Assembly (NCBI GenBank): GCA_040905465.1
Contig: JBBDRK010000049.1
Span: forward strand, 192,246 to 256,245
Length of the DNA: 64,000 nucleotides
Direction of reading: 5' to 3'
DNA from: Trueperaceae bacterium
GTDB lineage: Bacteria > Deinococcota > Deinococci > Deinococcales > Trueperaceae
Positions 1-11,652 of this stretch are shown here, one piece after another. A program made the translations under genes and the position numbers. The notes under the pieces are model-generated. The model was not told the DNA's origin. It saw nothing but the letters and a program-made list of their open reading frames with translations, and ran no database searches. How positions within the stretch are numbered: the stretch's first letter is position 1; every line of letters begins with the position of its first letter.

Positions 1-695
1 GCCGCGAACGCGAGAATCAGCAGCAACTGGGTGAAGGCGAACGTCGCCGCCACCAGCCAGGAGGCAACGCCCCACAGCGCCGGCATGCGCAATTCGGCCG
101 GGCGGGGACGCACCAGCGCCAGCACGCCGATTCCGGTGAGGAGCAGGTTCAGCGCGGTGTACCCCATCGGCGGAAAATGAAGGCTGAGCGACTTGTCGAT
201 CACGTTGCCGGCGCCGAAGGCCAAGGCGGCGGCGAGAGCCAGCCATTGGGCGCGATTGAAGCCGAACCGGTCGTGTCCTCCCTGCCCGGCGCGCGACAGC
301 AGCGCCACCGAGGCCAGGATCAGGCCGGCGCCCAGAACGGTGCCGTAGGCGGCACGTTCTCCCAGGAGCACCAGGCCGCCTACGAAGGTCCACAGCGCAG
401 AACTGCGCAACAGCAGATCGATCTCCGACAGTTGCGCCTGCGCCAGGGCGGCGAAGTAGAGCAGGTTGCCGGCAACGTACACCGCCATCATCAGCAACAG
501 TCCGAGGGCGTTGCCCGATACCGGTCCGAGGCCGCCGCCGACCACTGGGACGAGAACGAGGCACAGCAACCCGCCGGTGAGATGGACGGTGCCGGCGGCA
601 ACCTCGGGGCGCACGCGTGCAACCAGGCCCTTCGAGGCCCAGACGTTCACGGCGCTTGCCAAGCCGGCGCTGAGCGCGAAAGCTAGCCAGGTCAT
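1..695 (-). CDS. EamA/DMT family membrane transporter (3'-truncated by window edge)
   Basis: Not in the ORF track. Manual translation from ATG 695: MTWLAFALSAGLASAVNVWASK...GNLLYFAALAQAQLSEIDLLLRSSALWTFVGGLVLLGER...FGAGNVIDK, a hydrophobic repeated DMT pattern. Confidence 0.75.
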   Translation of the reverse strand, partial: MTWLAFALSAGLASAVNVWASKGLVARVRPEVAAGTVHLTGGLLCLVLVPVVGGGLGPVSGNALGLLLMMAVYVAGNLLYFAALAQAQLSEIDLLLRSSALWTFVGGLVLLGERAAYGTVLGAGLILASVALLSRAGQGGHDRFGFNRAQWLALAAALAFGAGNVIDKSLSLHFPPMGYTALNLLLTGIGVLALVRPRPAELRMPALWGVASWLVAATFAFTQLLLILAFA

Positions 696-747
696 AGTCG
701 GCGCACCGTCGGATTCTGCTCCGGGCGCTCGTCGAGAGCAGTAACTG

Positions 748-1623
748 TCACGAAATCACGTCTTTCAGGGTCGGGTCGAGAAGGTCTCTAAGGCCGTCGC
801 CAAGCAGATTGAAACCGAGTGCCGCCAGGAGGATCGCAAACCCCGAGAAAACCGAGGTCCACGGTGAGATCAGCATGTAATCGCGACTCTCGGACAGCAT
901 CAGGCCCAAGGACGGAGTCGGCGGCTGCGTTCCCAGGCCCAGGAAGGACAGCGCTGCTTCCACGAGGATTGCTGTCGAGAGGGAGAGAGACACCTGCACC
1001 ATGATCGGGGCGAAGATGTTCGGCGCCACGTGACGAAACATGATGCGTCTGCCTCGAGCCCCAAGCGCCCGCGCCGCCATTACGTAATCCCAGGAGAGAA
1101 CGCTCAGTGCCGGCCCCCGAGCCAGGCGAGCGAATACCGGTATGTAAACCATGCCTATGGCGAGCGCAGTGTTCCAGGATCCAGGTCCCAGGAGAGCAAG
1201 TATCCCGATCGCCAGAAGGATTACCGGAAAGGCCAGCAACACGTCCATCAAGCGCATCAGGAGTCGGTCGACCCAACCGCCGCTGTAGGCGCCCACGAGA
1301 CCGATGACGCCGCCGATCACGAGGGCAAGCGACACAGCCAGGGCTGCTATCCCGACACTGATTCTGTAACCGTGCAGGACTCGCGAAAATACGTCGCGTC
1401 CGAAGTTGTCCGTACCCATGGGGTGTTCGAGGCTGGGAGCGCTGAAGCGTTCGCGGATGTTCTGTTCCCGCACTCCGTACGAGCTCAGAAGTGGGGCGAA
1501 CAGGGCACTCATTATCACGAGCAGCGACAGGAGCAGGCCACTGAAGCCGACGCGATTTCGGTAGAGGCGGGACACGAACCGAAAGGAGGTACCTAGCCCG
1601 ATTACCAGCGGGACTCCACTCAT
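748..1623 (-). CDS. Peptide ABC transporter permease (DppC/OppC-like)
   Basis: HPMGTDNFGRDVFSR, EAA-like loop, LSFLGLG. ATG 1623 overlaps the upstream stop (ATGA). Confidence 0.92.
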   Translation of the reverse strand: MSGVPLVIGLGTSFRFVSRLYRNRVGFSGLLLSLLVIMSALFAPLLSSYGVREQNIRERFSAPSLEHPMGTDNFGRDVFSRVLHGYRISVGIAALAVSLALVIGGVIGLVGAYSGGWVDRLLMRLMDVLLAFPVILLAIGILALLGPGSWNTALAIGMVYIPVFARLARGPALSVLSWDYVMAARALGARGRRIMFRHVAPNIFAPIMVQVSLSLSTAILVEAALSFLGLGTQPPTPSLGLMLSESRDYMLISPWTSVFSGFAILLAALGFNLLGDGLRDLLDPTLKDVIS

Positions 1624-2570
1624 GAATACTCCACTCGCGGATCTATCCACGCGTACGCCAGGTCGACCAGCAGGTTCACCAGCACGAAAATGGTGGTAAC
1701 CACCAGGATGACACCTTGTACCAGCGGATAGTTCCGCTCGTTGACGGCCCCGATGATCAGGCGTCCGAGTCCCGGGATGGCGAATACCTGCTCGATTACT
1801 ACGACTCCGCTCAACAGATAACCAACCTGAACACCCAACACCGTTATCACGGGGATCATGGCGTTACGGAGGGCATGGCGGTAGACGATTGCACGCTGCT
1901 GCACCCCTTTGGCGCGAGCGGTACGAATATAGTCCAGGTTGAGCACCTCCAGCAGGCTCGACCGAATGATCCTGGTAAGCGCCGCCACGACCGGAAGCGA
2001 CACCGCCACCGACGGAAGCAGCAGTCGCTGCAAATTTCCCACCGGATCGCTGCCGAACGAAACATAGCCGATGCTGGGCCAGGCGGGAATGTAGAGCGAG
2101 AACGCATATATGAACAGCACTCCTACCCAGAACGAGGGCAGCGTGAGGCCGACTATGGAGCCAACGCGCACGAACAGATCGCTCCAACCGCCGCGGGCGC
2201 GCGCTGCCACGATGCCCAGCGGAAAACTGAGGAGCAGTGCGATTGCCAGGGCCAACAGGGTGACTTCGAGGGTCACGGGCAGGCGGCTCGTTATCTCGGT
2301 GCTCACCGGCCGTCCGGTCCAGACGCTGTTGCCGAAGTCGCCTCGAACCACGCCGTAAAGCCATTGAAGGTACTGCTCGTGTATTGGCAGGTGCAGCCCG
2401 AGTTGGCGGCGCAGTGCCTCCACTCGCTCAGGGGTGATGTCGATGTTGGCACCGAGCATGATCGCCACAGCGTCGCCAGGTATGAAGCGCAGCATGAGGA
2501 ACACAAGGATCGACACGCTGAGCAGCACGAAGACCAGGTCGAACAAGCGGCGGATGATATAGACGGTCAC
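1620..2570 (-). CDS. Peptide ABC transporter permease (DppB/OppB-like)
   Basis: PGD, GDFGNS, DYIRTARAKG, HALRNA, EQVFAIPGLG motifs. Confidence 0.93.
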   Translation of the reverse strand: MTVYIIRRLFDLVFVLLSVSILVFLMLRFIPGDAVAIMLGANIDITPERVEALRRQLGLHLPIHEQYLQWLYGVVRGDFGNSVWTGRPVSTEITSRLPVTLEVTLLALAIALLLSFPLGIVAARARGGWSDLFVRVGSIVGLTLPSFWVGVLFIYAFSLYIPAWPSIGYVSFGSDPVGNLQRLLLPSVAVSLPVVAALTRIIRSSLLEVLNLDYIRTARAKGVQQRAIVYRHALRNAMIPVITVLGVQVGYLLSGVVVIEQVFAIPGLGRLIIGAVNERNYPLVQGVILVVTTIFVLVNLLVDLAYAWIDPRVEYS

Positions 2571-2625
2571 TTCAGATCATCCACGCGCGGCGACACGGGA
2601 GTTGCCGGCACCTGCAGTCACCGGT

Positions 2626-3891
2626 TCACCTCCGCCGATTCACAGCGAACGGAGTTTCCGCCTGCGGCTTCAGCCAGGGGTCCACCGCCAGCTCGTCGGC
2701 AACCTGTAGCGCCCGGTAGACGCTGCTCATTATCGGCACTGTGAACCGATGCGGCTCGGCGTAGGGAAGGGCGGAGTGCACGCGGTTGGTCAGGAGCACT
2801 GTGACCAGATCGCTATCGGGATCGATGAAGAGCTGCGTGCCGGTAAAGCCTTGGTGGCCGAACGTTCGCGGTGACTCGGACAGTCGATTGGTCCACCATC
2901 CCAGGCCCTGGCCGGGAGTCACCTTGGGCGTCGTGAACCAAGTGGCGATGTCACGCCGCAGCCAGGCTTCGTCCCGACCGAGCACTGCGTCCAACATCGC
3001 CTCCCCCACCTTCACCAGGTCCTCGGCGTTGGCGAACAGCCCGGCATGGCCGGCTACCCCGTTGAATACGAGATGACAGTTGGCATCGTTGACCTCCGCC
3101 TTCAGTACGTGACCACGCCAATTCGGCAAGTCTTTCACCCCCCGCCGCAGGTCTACCGGAAAGGTGCGTTCGGAACACATCCGCTCCTCCATGCGGTTAC
3201 CCAGCGAGGTGGCGGCAGTGCGCTCACGCCAGGCCTCAGGCGGCCGGTAGCGGCTATGTCGGAGATTCAGCGGCCCCGCTATCCGCTCCTCGAACAGCGA
3301 ATCGAGAGCAACTCCAGCCGCCGCCTCTATGAGTTTGCCCAGAACGACGAAATTTGCGTCGCTGTAGCATCTCTGTCGGCCAGGGGTATAGGTTTGGGGA
3401 AGTCGAGCGATCTGCCCCAGAGAGTCGTCGCCGTTGTCGACGAGGAGGTAGAAGGGCAGCCAGTTGGTAAGCCCGGAAGAGTGGGTGAGCAGGTGCGCGA
3501 CGCTGATCTCTCGCTTCCCGGGGCGGTCGAAGGCCGACAAGTATCGGCATATGGGGTCGGTGAGGCGAAGCGCGCCATCCTGGAAAAGCAGCGCTGTCAG
3601 GTTAGCGGTCGACACGGCCTTGCTTATCGAGGCCAGGTCGAAAACGGTGTCGTTTTCCATCGCCCTCGGCACGGGCAGGGGAACAGCGTGACGGTCGAAG
3701 AGTTCAGCATATCCGTAGGCCGCACTCTTGACGACGTTGCCCTCGTGGACCACCAGCAAGACCGCTCCCGCGAAAGCTCCGTCGTCCGCCGCCTCCTGCT
3801 TCAGCAGCCCGGACACCGTCTCGTCCACGGTAACCCACGCTTTGCCGGCCCCCGTTGCGCTCGACCGACCAGGCTCGCTAGACACCGTCAC
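2626..3891 (-). CDS. Serine hydrolase, beta-lactamase/PBP-like family (AmiE-like amidase candidate)
   Basis: FDLASISK (SxxK), LLTHSSG, YSDANF, GHAGLF, GHQGFTGT, LLTNR. No signal peptide. Confidence 0.85.
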   Translation of the reverse strand: MTVSSEPGRSSATGAGKAWVTVDETVSGLLKQEAADDGAFAGAVLLVVHEGNVVKSAAYGYAELFDRHAVPLPVPRAMENDTVFDLASISKAVSTANLTALLFQDGALRLTDPICRYLSAFDRPGKREISVAHLLTHSSGLTNWLPFYLLVDNGDDSLGQIARLPQTYTPGRQRCYSDANFVVLGKLIEAAAGVALDSLFEERIAGPLNLRHSRYRPPEAWRERTAATSLGNRMEERMCSERTFPVDLRRGVKDLPNWRGHVLKAEVNDANCHLVFNGVAGHAGLFANAEDLVKVGEAMLDAVLGRDEAWLRRDIATWFTTPKVTPGQGLGWWTNRLSESPRTFGHQGFTGTQLFIDPDSDLVTVLLTNRVHSALPYAEPHRFTVPIMSSVYRALQVADELAVDPWLKPQAETPFAVNRRR

Positions 3892-4900
3892 CCGCCCCCG
3901 GCCCCTTGGACCATCGCTCGCTCGTCAGCACCGCTCGCGGATTGTCGACAACCATCGTCTCTACGGTTTGTTGCGACACGCCAGCAGCGAGCAGCCGCGG
4001 GACGAATCGTTCCCAAAGGTATGAATACCCCCACTCTCCAATGGTGGCGGCGTTTGACAGGCCTTCGCTCCACAGGATGTCCGAGGACATTACGATCTGC
4101 GAGGCGAAGCCCTGTCGCAGCAGCTCGACCAATACCTTCAGGCGCTCTTCGTCTTCGATGTGATACTCCTCGAGCAAATAGGCATAGCGTTCATAACCCG
4201 CCTGCTGATGTCGGCGGTAGTGAAAGACTTCCTTGCCGATCGTGTCGAACGCGATCGTCACCCCGGTCTTGAGAATCTGCAGGTGATAGGACGGCTGGCG
4301 ATTGAGATCGCAATGACCAATCACGATTCGAGCTGGATCGACTCCGCTCTCGAGAAGTAGATCGGCCTGTTCCCTGCCCATCGTTCCCAGGGTCGTGTGA
4401 GTGGTTATCGGCAGACCCGTAAGGCGATGAGCCTCTGCCGCGGCCAAAAATATTTTCCGCTCGGTCGCTGTGATAGTCCCCTTGCTGCTGCCTACCTTGA
4501 TGATTCCCGGTTTCACGCCGGTATCCTCGATACCCCGTTCAATCTCCTCGACCATGAAGCGGGTTAGCTCGTGGACGTCGGCCTGGTGCGCGAAGGCCGG
4601 GCAAGCAGGCTCCTTGTAGAAGCCGGTCGCGGCGACAATGGTCATGCCGGTCGACGCAGACAGACGTTGCAAAACCCTCGGTTCGCGCCCCTTGCCGTAC
4701 GGCGTGACGTCTACGACTGTCGAGACGCCGTGGTCGCGGAGCTGACGAACCTCGCGTTCCATCACGTCGATGGTCTGAGAAGGTACGAACGCGTGGCGAC
4801 CCGATGACCGGTCCGAGGCACCGCGCGGCGCCAGGTGCTCGTGCATCATCGTCTTGCCCAGCTCGGAAGCCGAAACCGGGCCCGTTACACTCTGAACCAT
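3878..4900 (-). CDS. Phosphotriesterase-family (PTE/PHP) amidohydrolase
   Basis: HEH metal motif, DVTP..GR, ATGFY, IIKVG (carboxy-Lys position), TTHT, IGHCD, SSD, DNP. Confidence 0.9.
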   Translation of the reverse strand: MVQSVTGPVSASELGKTMMHEHLAPRGASDRSSGRHAFVPSQTIDVMEREVRQLRDHGVSTVVDVTPYGKGREPRVLQRLSASTGMTIVAATGFYKEPACPAFAHQADVHELTRFMVEEIERGIEDTGVKPGIIKVGSSKGTITATERKIFLAAAEAHRLTGLPITTHTTLGTMGREQADLLLESGVDPARIVIGHCDLNRQPSYHLQILKTGVTIAFDTIGKEVFHYRRHQQAGYERYAYLLEEYHIEDEERLKVLVELLRQGFASQIVMSSDILWSEGLSNAATIGEWGYSYLWERFVPRLLAAGVSQQTVETMVVDNPRAVLTSERWSKGPGAGDGV

Positions 4901-4937
4901 GTCCCTCCGGGAAGCTGCCGTACTCGATCGTACTGGC

Positions 4938-4971
4938 CGCCGGAGGAAGAAAGGCGGCTCCTCCTCCGGCG
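4938..4971 (-). terminator. Intercistronic hairpin after SBP gene
   Basis: cgccggagga...tcctccggcg, 10-bp inverted repeat just after the SBP stop. Confidence 0.5.
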
Positions 4972-4982
4972 ATTTGCTGCGG

Positions 4983-6473
4983 CTACTCTACGGTTACATT
5001 CCTGAGGTAGCGAAGGCTCCGCGTCGGTATCTGCTGGAAGCCCTCGACATTGTCCCTCATGGCGCTGAACAGGGTTGCGTATGCCACGTGCACGATTGGG
5101 CCCTCGCAGGCGAGAATCTGCTGGACTTCACGGTAGATTTCCTGCCGTTCCGCCTGATCCACCGTGACCTGGCCACGTTCGAGCAGCTCATCGACCTCGG
5201 GGTTGTCGTAGTTGAAGACGTTCGTTGACCCACCGCTATGGAAGGTCCGGAAGAGATAGCCGTCAGGGTCGACGGTGCCACCGTTACGGCTGGCGAAGGA
5301 GTCGAAGTTCGAGTTGCTCCAGTCCTGCACGAAGGTACCGAACTCCTCGATGTTGATGCTTGCGTCGATTCCGACGTCGGCGTATTGGGCCTGGAGGACC
5401 TGCGCCATGTCGGTGATCGCCTTGATGCGCGAGAACGTGAGGATTTCCATCTGGAAGCCATCGCCGTAGCCGGCCTCCGCCAGCAGATCGCGAGCGGCAT
5501 CCGGGTCGGTATCGTAGCAGGCGAACTCCTCCACGGGAACCGCCCAGTCCTTCAGTGCGGGGCTCAGCGGTCCTGCGGCGACAGCGTCACCGAAGTACAC
5601 GGCATCTACCACCTCACCGCGATCAGTCGCCATGTTTATCGCCCGTCGGACGCGAGGATCGCCTAGCGGCCCACGCTCCAGGTTGAGGCCCAACAGGGCG
5701 TACGCCAAATCGTCGGTCTGCAGCATCTCCACCGTAGGACTGCGCGCAAGCGTCTGAGCGGTAATGGCGTCAACGTCAGGAAGGAAGTCGTATGTGCCGC
5801 TGCGGAGGCCGGCAGCGCGTGCGGTGGCCTCGGGAACGATGTGAAACAGCAATGCCTGCACGCCGGGCTCTCCGTCCCGGTAGTAGTCGGGGTTGGCGGT
5901 CAACAGGACCGAGGTGTCCGGAACCCACTCATCGAACACGAATGGGCCGGTGCCGACGGCGACTTGCTGCAGGTTGCCGTGCTCCTCGACCACCTCGCGC
6001 GGGACGATGGCGAGGTCGGTCAGATTGCTGAGAAACGGTGCGAAGGGGGCGTTCATATGGAACACCACGGTGAGGTCGCCCGTTGCTTCAGCGGATTCGA
6101 CCTGGGAGAAGCGACTGGCAAACGGCGAGCCGGTATCCTCCGCCATCACCCGGTCGAACGAATACACCACGTCGTCCGCAGTGAGCTCGCGGCCATTGTG
6201 GAACTTGACGCCGGAGCGGAGTTGGAAGGTGTAAGCGAGGCCGTCGTCCGAAACTTCCCACGACTCGGCCAGTGCCGGCTCGAGCTGGAGATCGGCGTTG
6301 AGTTCGACCAGGTCCTCATAGACTTGATCGATAATTGCAAAGGTTGCGAAGGCGGTTGCTACGTGCGGATCCAGGCCGACCGGCGACTGATCGACCGCGA
6401 TGTCGAGCGTGCCGCTCTGTGCGGCCACGATTCCACCGGTCGTCAAGAGTAACGCGATTACCCATCTGCGCAT
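4983..6473 (-). CDS. ABC transporter substrate-binding protein, family 5
   Basis: Signal peptide, LDPH, PALAESWEVSDDGLAYTFQLRSGVKFHNG, GTGPF. Confidence 0.93.
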   Translation of the reverse strand: MRRWVIALLLTTGGIVAAQSGTLDIAVDQSPVGLDPHVATAFATFAIIDQVYEDLVELNADLQLEPALAESWEVSDDGLAYTFQLRSGVKFHNGRELTADDVVYSFDRVMAEDTGSPFASRFSQVESAEATGDLTVVFHMNAPFAPFLSNLTDLAIVPREVVEEHGNLQQVAVGTGPFVFDEWVPDTSVLLTANPDYYRDGEPGVQALLFHIVPEATARAAGLRSGTYDFLPDVDAITAQTLARSPTVEMLQTDDLAYALLGLNLERGPLGDPRVRRAINMATDRGEVVDAVYFGDAVAAGPLSPALKDWAVPVEEFACYDTDPDAARDLLAEAGYGDGFQMEILTFSRIKAITDMAQVLQAQYADVGIDASINIEEFGTFVQDWSNSNFDSFASRNGGTVDPDGYLFRTFHSGGSTNVFNYDNPEVDELLERGQVTVDQAERQEIYREVQQILACEGPIVHVAYATLFSAMRDNVEGFQQIPTRSLRYLRNVTVE

Positions 6474-6605
6474 GACTTTCCTCCCAATCTATCTGCTTGC
6501 ATCTCTTCGGTTGTCTGGCTCGAAAGTTCCGGCGGCGATCTCTGCAAGTTCGGTCTCACGCTCCTTCGGGAAGGCTGGCTCGATGCGGCACCAGAAACCC
6601 GGTCA

Positions 6606-7109
6606 TCAGCCCGAGATGGGCCGACCTGGCTTCCGGTATATGCACTCGGTCTGCCCAGTCACGACATAGTCTTCCAGGGCGCCGACCTGATGGTAACCAC
6701 GTCGCTCATAGAAGCGCCGCGCTCTGAGGTTGGTGGCGGTGACCAACAGCAGCACGTCATCATCGTCGCCCAGCAACTCCTCCTCGGCGGCGTCCATGAG
6801 AAGGTCACCGACGCCTTTTGCCTGGTACTCGCGTGCTATTACCAAAAGGCGGATGTAACCGCTCCGTGCGAAGGCTCCGTGCCTCATCAACCACACGAAG
6901 CCCGCCGGCCCGACGTCGCCGTCTGCGACGAGCAGCAGACTGGCACTCTCGGGCATTCGGTCGATCTCGCTGCGCAGACGCGTCGGCGTCGCCCCGTACT
7001 CTGCCAACATCGGATATTCGGTCGCCAGCAGCAGATAACGCTCACTCTCACCGGGAGGACACGCCCTTATGACTATCGGCTGACCCTGCCGCGGCTCCCT
7101 ACACTCCAT
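6606..7109 (-). CDS. GNAT family N-acetyltransferase
   Basis: YQAKGVGDLLM acetyl-CoA motif A, N..ARRFYERRGY. ATG 7109 preceded by GGAG. Confidence 0.85.
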   Translation of the reverse strand: MECREPRQGQPIVIRACPPGESERYLLLATEYPMLAEYGATPTRLRSEIDRMPESASLLLVADGDVGPAGFVWLMRHGAFARSGYIRLLVIAREYQAKGVGDLLMDAAEEELLGDDDDVLLLVTATNLRARRFYERRGYHQVGALEDYVVTGQTECIYRKPGRPISG

Positions 7110-7224
7110 GGCTCTCCCTTCCGACGTCGCTGCGCGAGTTTGGACTGGCGTCGCCGTTGGTCCGATTCCAGCCACACGCGGGCACGCCGAGTACCGTTCG
7201 CGCTGTCGCAATCGACGCGAAAAC

Positions 7225-7264
7225 TATACCATTCCTAGACCACTCGGGTCAATCGTGCTAGTCT
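7225..7264 (+). promoter_or_regulatory. Leaderless promoter (-35 TAGACC, 17 bp, extended -10 TAGTCT) with dre/NagR-like half sites
   Basis: TAGACC at 7236, TAGTCT at 7259, ATG 6 nt later. TATACC (7225) and TAGACC (7236) are 11 bp apart. Confidence 0.55.
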
Positions 7265-7270
7265 CGCGCC

Positions 7271-8431
7271 ATGAGCCTGCCGAAGGCGGAAAGCGTGTTG
7301 AGATCGGCCATCCGAGACGGCGTGACGGTCGCAGCGGTAGCAGCCGCCGGTCGGCAGGCGGGCAGCGGCGGCGGCCCGCCGGAAAGCACTCTGGCGCTCG
7401 GCCTGTGCCGCGAGAACGGTCCCGTGACGAGCACCGACACGCGCTTCGATCTCGCCTCGTTGACCAAGGTGGTGGCCACATTGCCGTCGGTGTTGAGGCT
7501 CGCTTCGAACGGCGAGCTGTCGCTGGACGACCGGATCGGGCGCTTCTTCAGCAACGCCGGCTGGTTCCAGTCACCTTCGCTGGCCGACGCCACCATTCGA
7601 GAGCTTCTCACTCACACCTCCGGGCTGCCGGCCTGGCGCCCGCTGTTCGCGGAGATGGACGAACGCCACACCGCAGTTGCGGCAGTTCTGCAGTCGAGGC
7701 TCGAGCATCCCGGCAGGTTCGTGTACAGCGACCTCGGCTTCATGCTTCTGGGAACGTTGGTCGAGCGCGTAGCCGGAGTCCGACTCGACCGGTTCGCCAG
7801 GCACGAAATCTTCGCTCCGCTGAGCATGGACCGGACCCGCTTCGGTCCCATCAGCGGAGTACCTGTGGCGGCGACCGAGGACTGCGGATGGCGCGGCCGG
7901 CTGCTGGAGGGCGAAGTGCACGACGAAAACGCTACCGTCTGGGATGGCGTGGCCGGACATGCCGGGCTGTTCGGAACCGCCGCCGACCTCGCGACATATT
8001 GCCGTGCCTGGCTCGAGCTCGACTCGAGGTTGGGCAGCGAGGCACTGCTGGTCGAGGCAACCAGCGAACAGGCCCGGGGCGACGACGGCAGTCGCCGCGG
8101 CCTCGGCTGGATGCTGGCGTCGGAGGGTTGCTTCGCCGGGCATGGTGCACGCGGCTACGGCCATACCGGTTTCACCGGTACCTCGCTATGGCTCGAGTCG
8201 GACGCGAAGGCGGGGGCTGGCGGCAGTTTTGCCGTCCTGCTCACCAACCGGGTTCACCCTCACCGCGACCGGCGCACGGGCATCGCCGAACTGCGGATCG
8301 CGTTCCACGAGGCGCTCCGGACCGGCAGCGACGGACCAGGAGGCGAAAATGGGAGGGACAAGCACCAGAGGGACGACGATACGACAAGCGACGCTCCGCG
8401 GCGCGCCGAACCGGAAGGGGGCAAGAGGTGA
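7271..8431 (+). CDS. Serine hydrolase, beta-lactamase/PBP-like family (AmiE-like amidase candidate)
   Basis: FDLASLTK, LLTHTSG, YSDLGF, VHDENA, GHAGLF, GHTGFTGT. Coupled to anmK. Confidence 0.87.
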   Translation: MSLPKAESVLRSAIRDGVTVAAVAAAGRQAGSGGGPPESTLALGLCRENGPVTSTDTRFDLASLTKVVATLPSVLRLASNGELSLDDRIGRFFSNAGWFQSPSLADATIRELLTHTSGLPAWRPLFAEMDERHTAVAAVLQSRLEHPGRFVYSDLGFMLLGTLVERVAGVRLDRFARHEIFAPLSMDRTRFGPISGVPVAATEDCGWRGRLLEGEVHDENATVWDGVAGHAGLFGTAADLATYCRAWLELDSRLGSEALLVEATSEQARGDDGSRRGLGWMLASEGCFAGHGARGYGHTGFTGTSLWLESDAKAGAGGSFAVLLTNRVHPHRDRRTGIAELRIAFHEALRTGSDGPGGENGRDKHQRDDDTTSDAPRRAEPEGGKR

Positions 8432-9600
8432 ACGTGGGCGAGCTGCCGGAGATAACGGTAATGGGGCTGATGTCGGGCACGTCGGCCGACGGGGTGGATG
8501 CAGTAGTTGCAAGGCTGCGGCTGACAGGCGGCCGGCTCGACTGGGAGGTTCTCGAGCGGCGTTCGGCGCCGTACCAGGCCGAGTTGCGCCAACGCCTGCT
8601 GCTTGCACTCAAACCGGAGACGTCCAACGTTTCGCTGATCAGCCAGCTCCACGCCGAGGTCGGCCACGCCTACGCCGAGTTGGCCGCATCTCTTGCCGAG
8701 CAGATGGCGGGAACACATTCGGTCGATCTCATCGCCCTCTCCGGCCAGACGGTGTATCACATCCCCCGACCCGATCCGGACAGGGGATGGCGAACAATCT
8801 CCACCCTGCAACTGGGCGAGGCGGCGCTCACGGCGGAGCGTTGCGGTGTTCCGGTGATGTGCGACTTCCGCCAGGGCGACCTGGCCGCCGGCGGCCAGGG
8901 AGCGCCGATGGTGTCGTTCGGAGATCTCCTGCTATACGGCGAGCCGGGCGTGAACCGCGCGATACACAACCTGGGAGGCATCTCCAACCTCACCTATCTG
9001 AGCGCGACCGGTACCGGCGACGACGTCTTCGCCTTCGACACCGGTCCGGCAAACTGCCTGATGGACGACGCGATGGAACGCTTCACCGGCCGCGGCTTCG
9101 ACGAGGGCGGCAAGCTTGCGGCGGACGGACACGTGGACCGCCGGCTGCTCGAGCGCTGGCTCGAGCACCCTTACCTGCGGCTCTCTCCGCCCAAGACCAC
9201 CGGTCGCGAGGTGTTCGAACTCTCCGGCTTCCTCCCCGAAGACGCCTCCGCGCCCGAGCCCGCCGACTTGCTGGCCACGCTCTGCGCCTACAGCGCCGAG
9301 TCGATCGCGCATGCCTACCGCGACTTCGTGCGGCCGCACGGCCTCGACGAGGTGCTGCTTGCCGGTGGCGGCGCCCTCAACCCGGCATTGGTCGGAATGC
9401 TGCGCGAGCTGCTGCCGGTACCGGTGCGGACCTTCGCGGAGCTCGGTTGGGACGCACGCGACCGCGAAGCTCTGGCGTTCGCGGTGATGGCCTACTTTGG
9501 CTTCCACGGGCGGGCGAACACCCTGCCGACCGCGACCGGTGCCAGACGCGCCGTGGTCGCCGGAAAGCTGGTGGATCACCGGCCGCGAGGCCTAGGCTGA
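8428..9600 (+). CDS. anmK: Anhydro-N-acetylmuramic acid kinase
   Basis: GLMSGTSADGVD, GQTVYH, DFRQGDLAAGGQGAP, NLGGISN, FDTGPAN, PPKTTGRE, GGG..N, REALAFA. GTGA overlap start. Confidence 0.95.
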   Translation: MNVGELPEITVMGLMSGTSADGVDAVVARLRLTGGRLDWEVLERRSAPYQAELRQRLLLALKPETSNVSLISQLHAEVGHAYAELAASLAEQMAGTHSVDLIALSGQTVYHIPRPDPDRGWRTISTLQLGEAALTAERCGVPVMCDFRQGDLAAGGQGAPMVSFGDLLLYGEPGVNRAIHNLGGISNLTYLSATGTGDDVFAFDTGPANCLMDDAMERFTGRGFDEGGKLAADGHVDRRLLERWLEHPYLRLSPPKTTGREVFELSGFLPEDASAPEPADLLATLCAYSAESIAHAYRDFVRPHGLDEVLLAGGGALNPALVGMLRELLPVPVRTFAELGWDARDREALAFAVMAYFGFHGRANTLPTATGARRAVVAGKLVDHRPRGLG

Positions 9601-9611
9601 CAGCTCTGCAT

Positions 9612-9672
9612 TAGACCACTTGTAGACCCCTTGTAAACCGCCCTATCGTCCATTATGGTTGAGGCCTATACA
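9612..9672 (+). promoter_or_regulatory. Promoter TTGTAA-17-TATGGT overlapped by phased TA(G/A)ACC repeats
   Basis: -35 at 9631, -10 at 9654. TAGACC 9612, TAGACC 9623, TAAACC 9634, TATACA 9667, all in 11-bp phase. Confidence 0.55.
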
Positions 9673-9699
9673 ATCTGCCCCCGCATCACGGAGGTCGTA

Positions 9700-11475
<1,776 letters not shown>

Positions 11476-11490
11476 CAAGCAAGCAACCTC

Positions 11491-11547
11491 CTTCTCGTTT
11501 CCCCGGGCGTGTTGTCAACGTTGCAACGCGCCCGGGGAAACGAGAAG
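11491..11547 (+). terminator. Strong 24-bp intercistronic stem-loop
   Basis: cttctcgtttccccgggcgtgttg / caacgcgcccggggaaacgagaag with one G-U pair and a 9-nt loop. Confidence 0.75.
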
Positions 11548-11652
11548 CCCAACTGCCTGCCGGGTTCGCTGGACCCCGTGGCGGAACCGGAGGCGGGACT
11601 CCGGCGCCTCGATTTCATTCGGGGCAGCATGGTGGCCCGGTAATCTGATTCA

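Noticed and set aside
7108-8427. 830-aa AnmK fusion
   Set aside because: The N-terminal part is an off-frame reading of the serine hydrolase gene. AnmK starts at the GTGA overlap.
2626-8431. Antibiotic-resistance beta-lactamases
   Set aside because: No signal peptides, YSD/HxG-type motifs and the anmK context favour cytoplasmic amidases or esterases.
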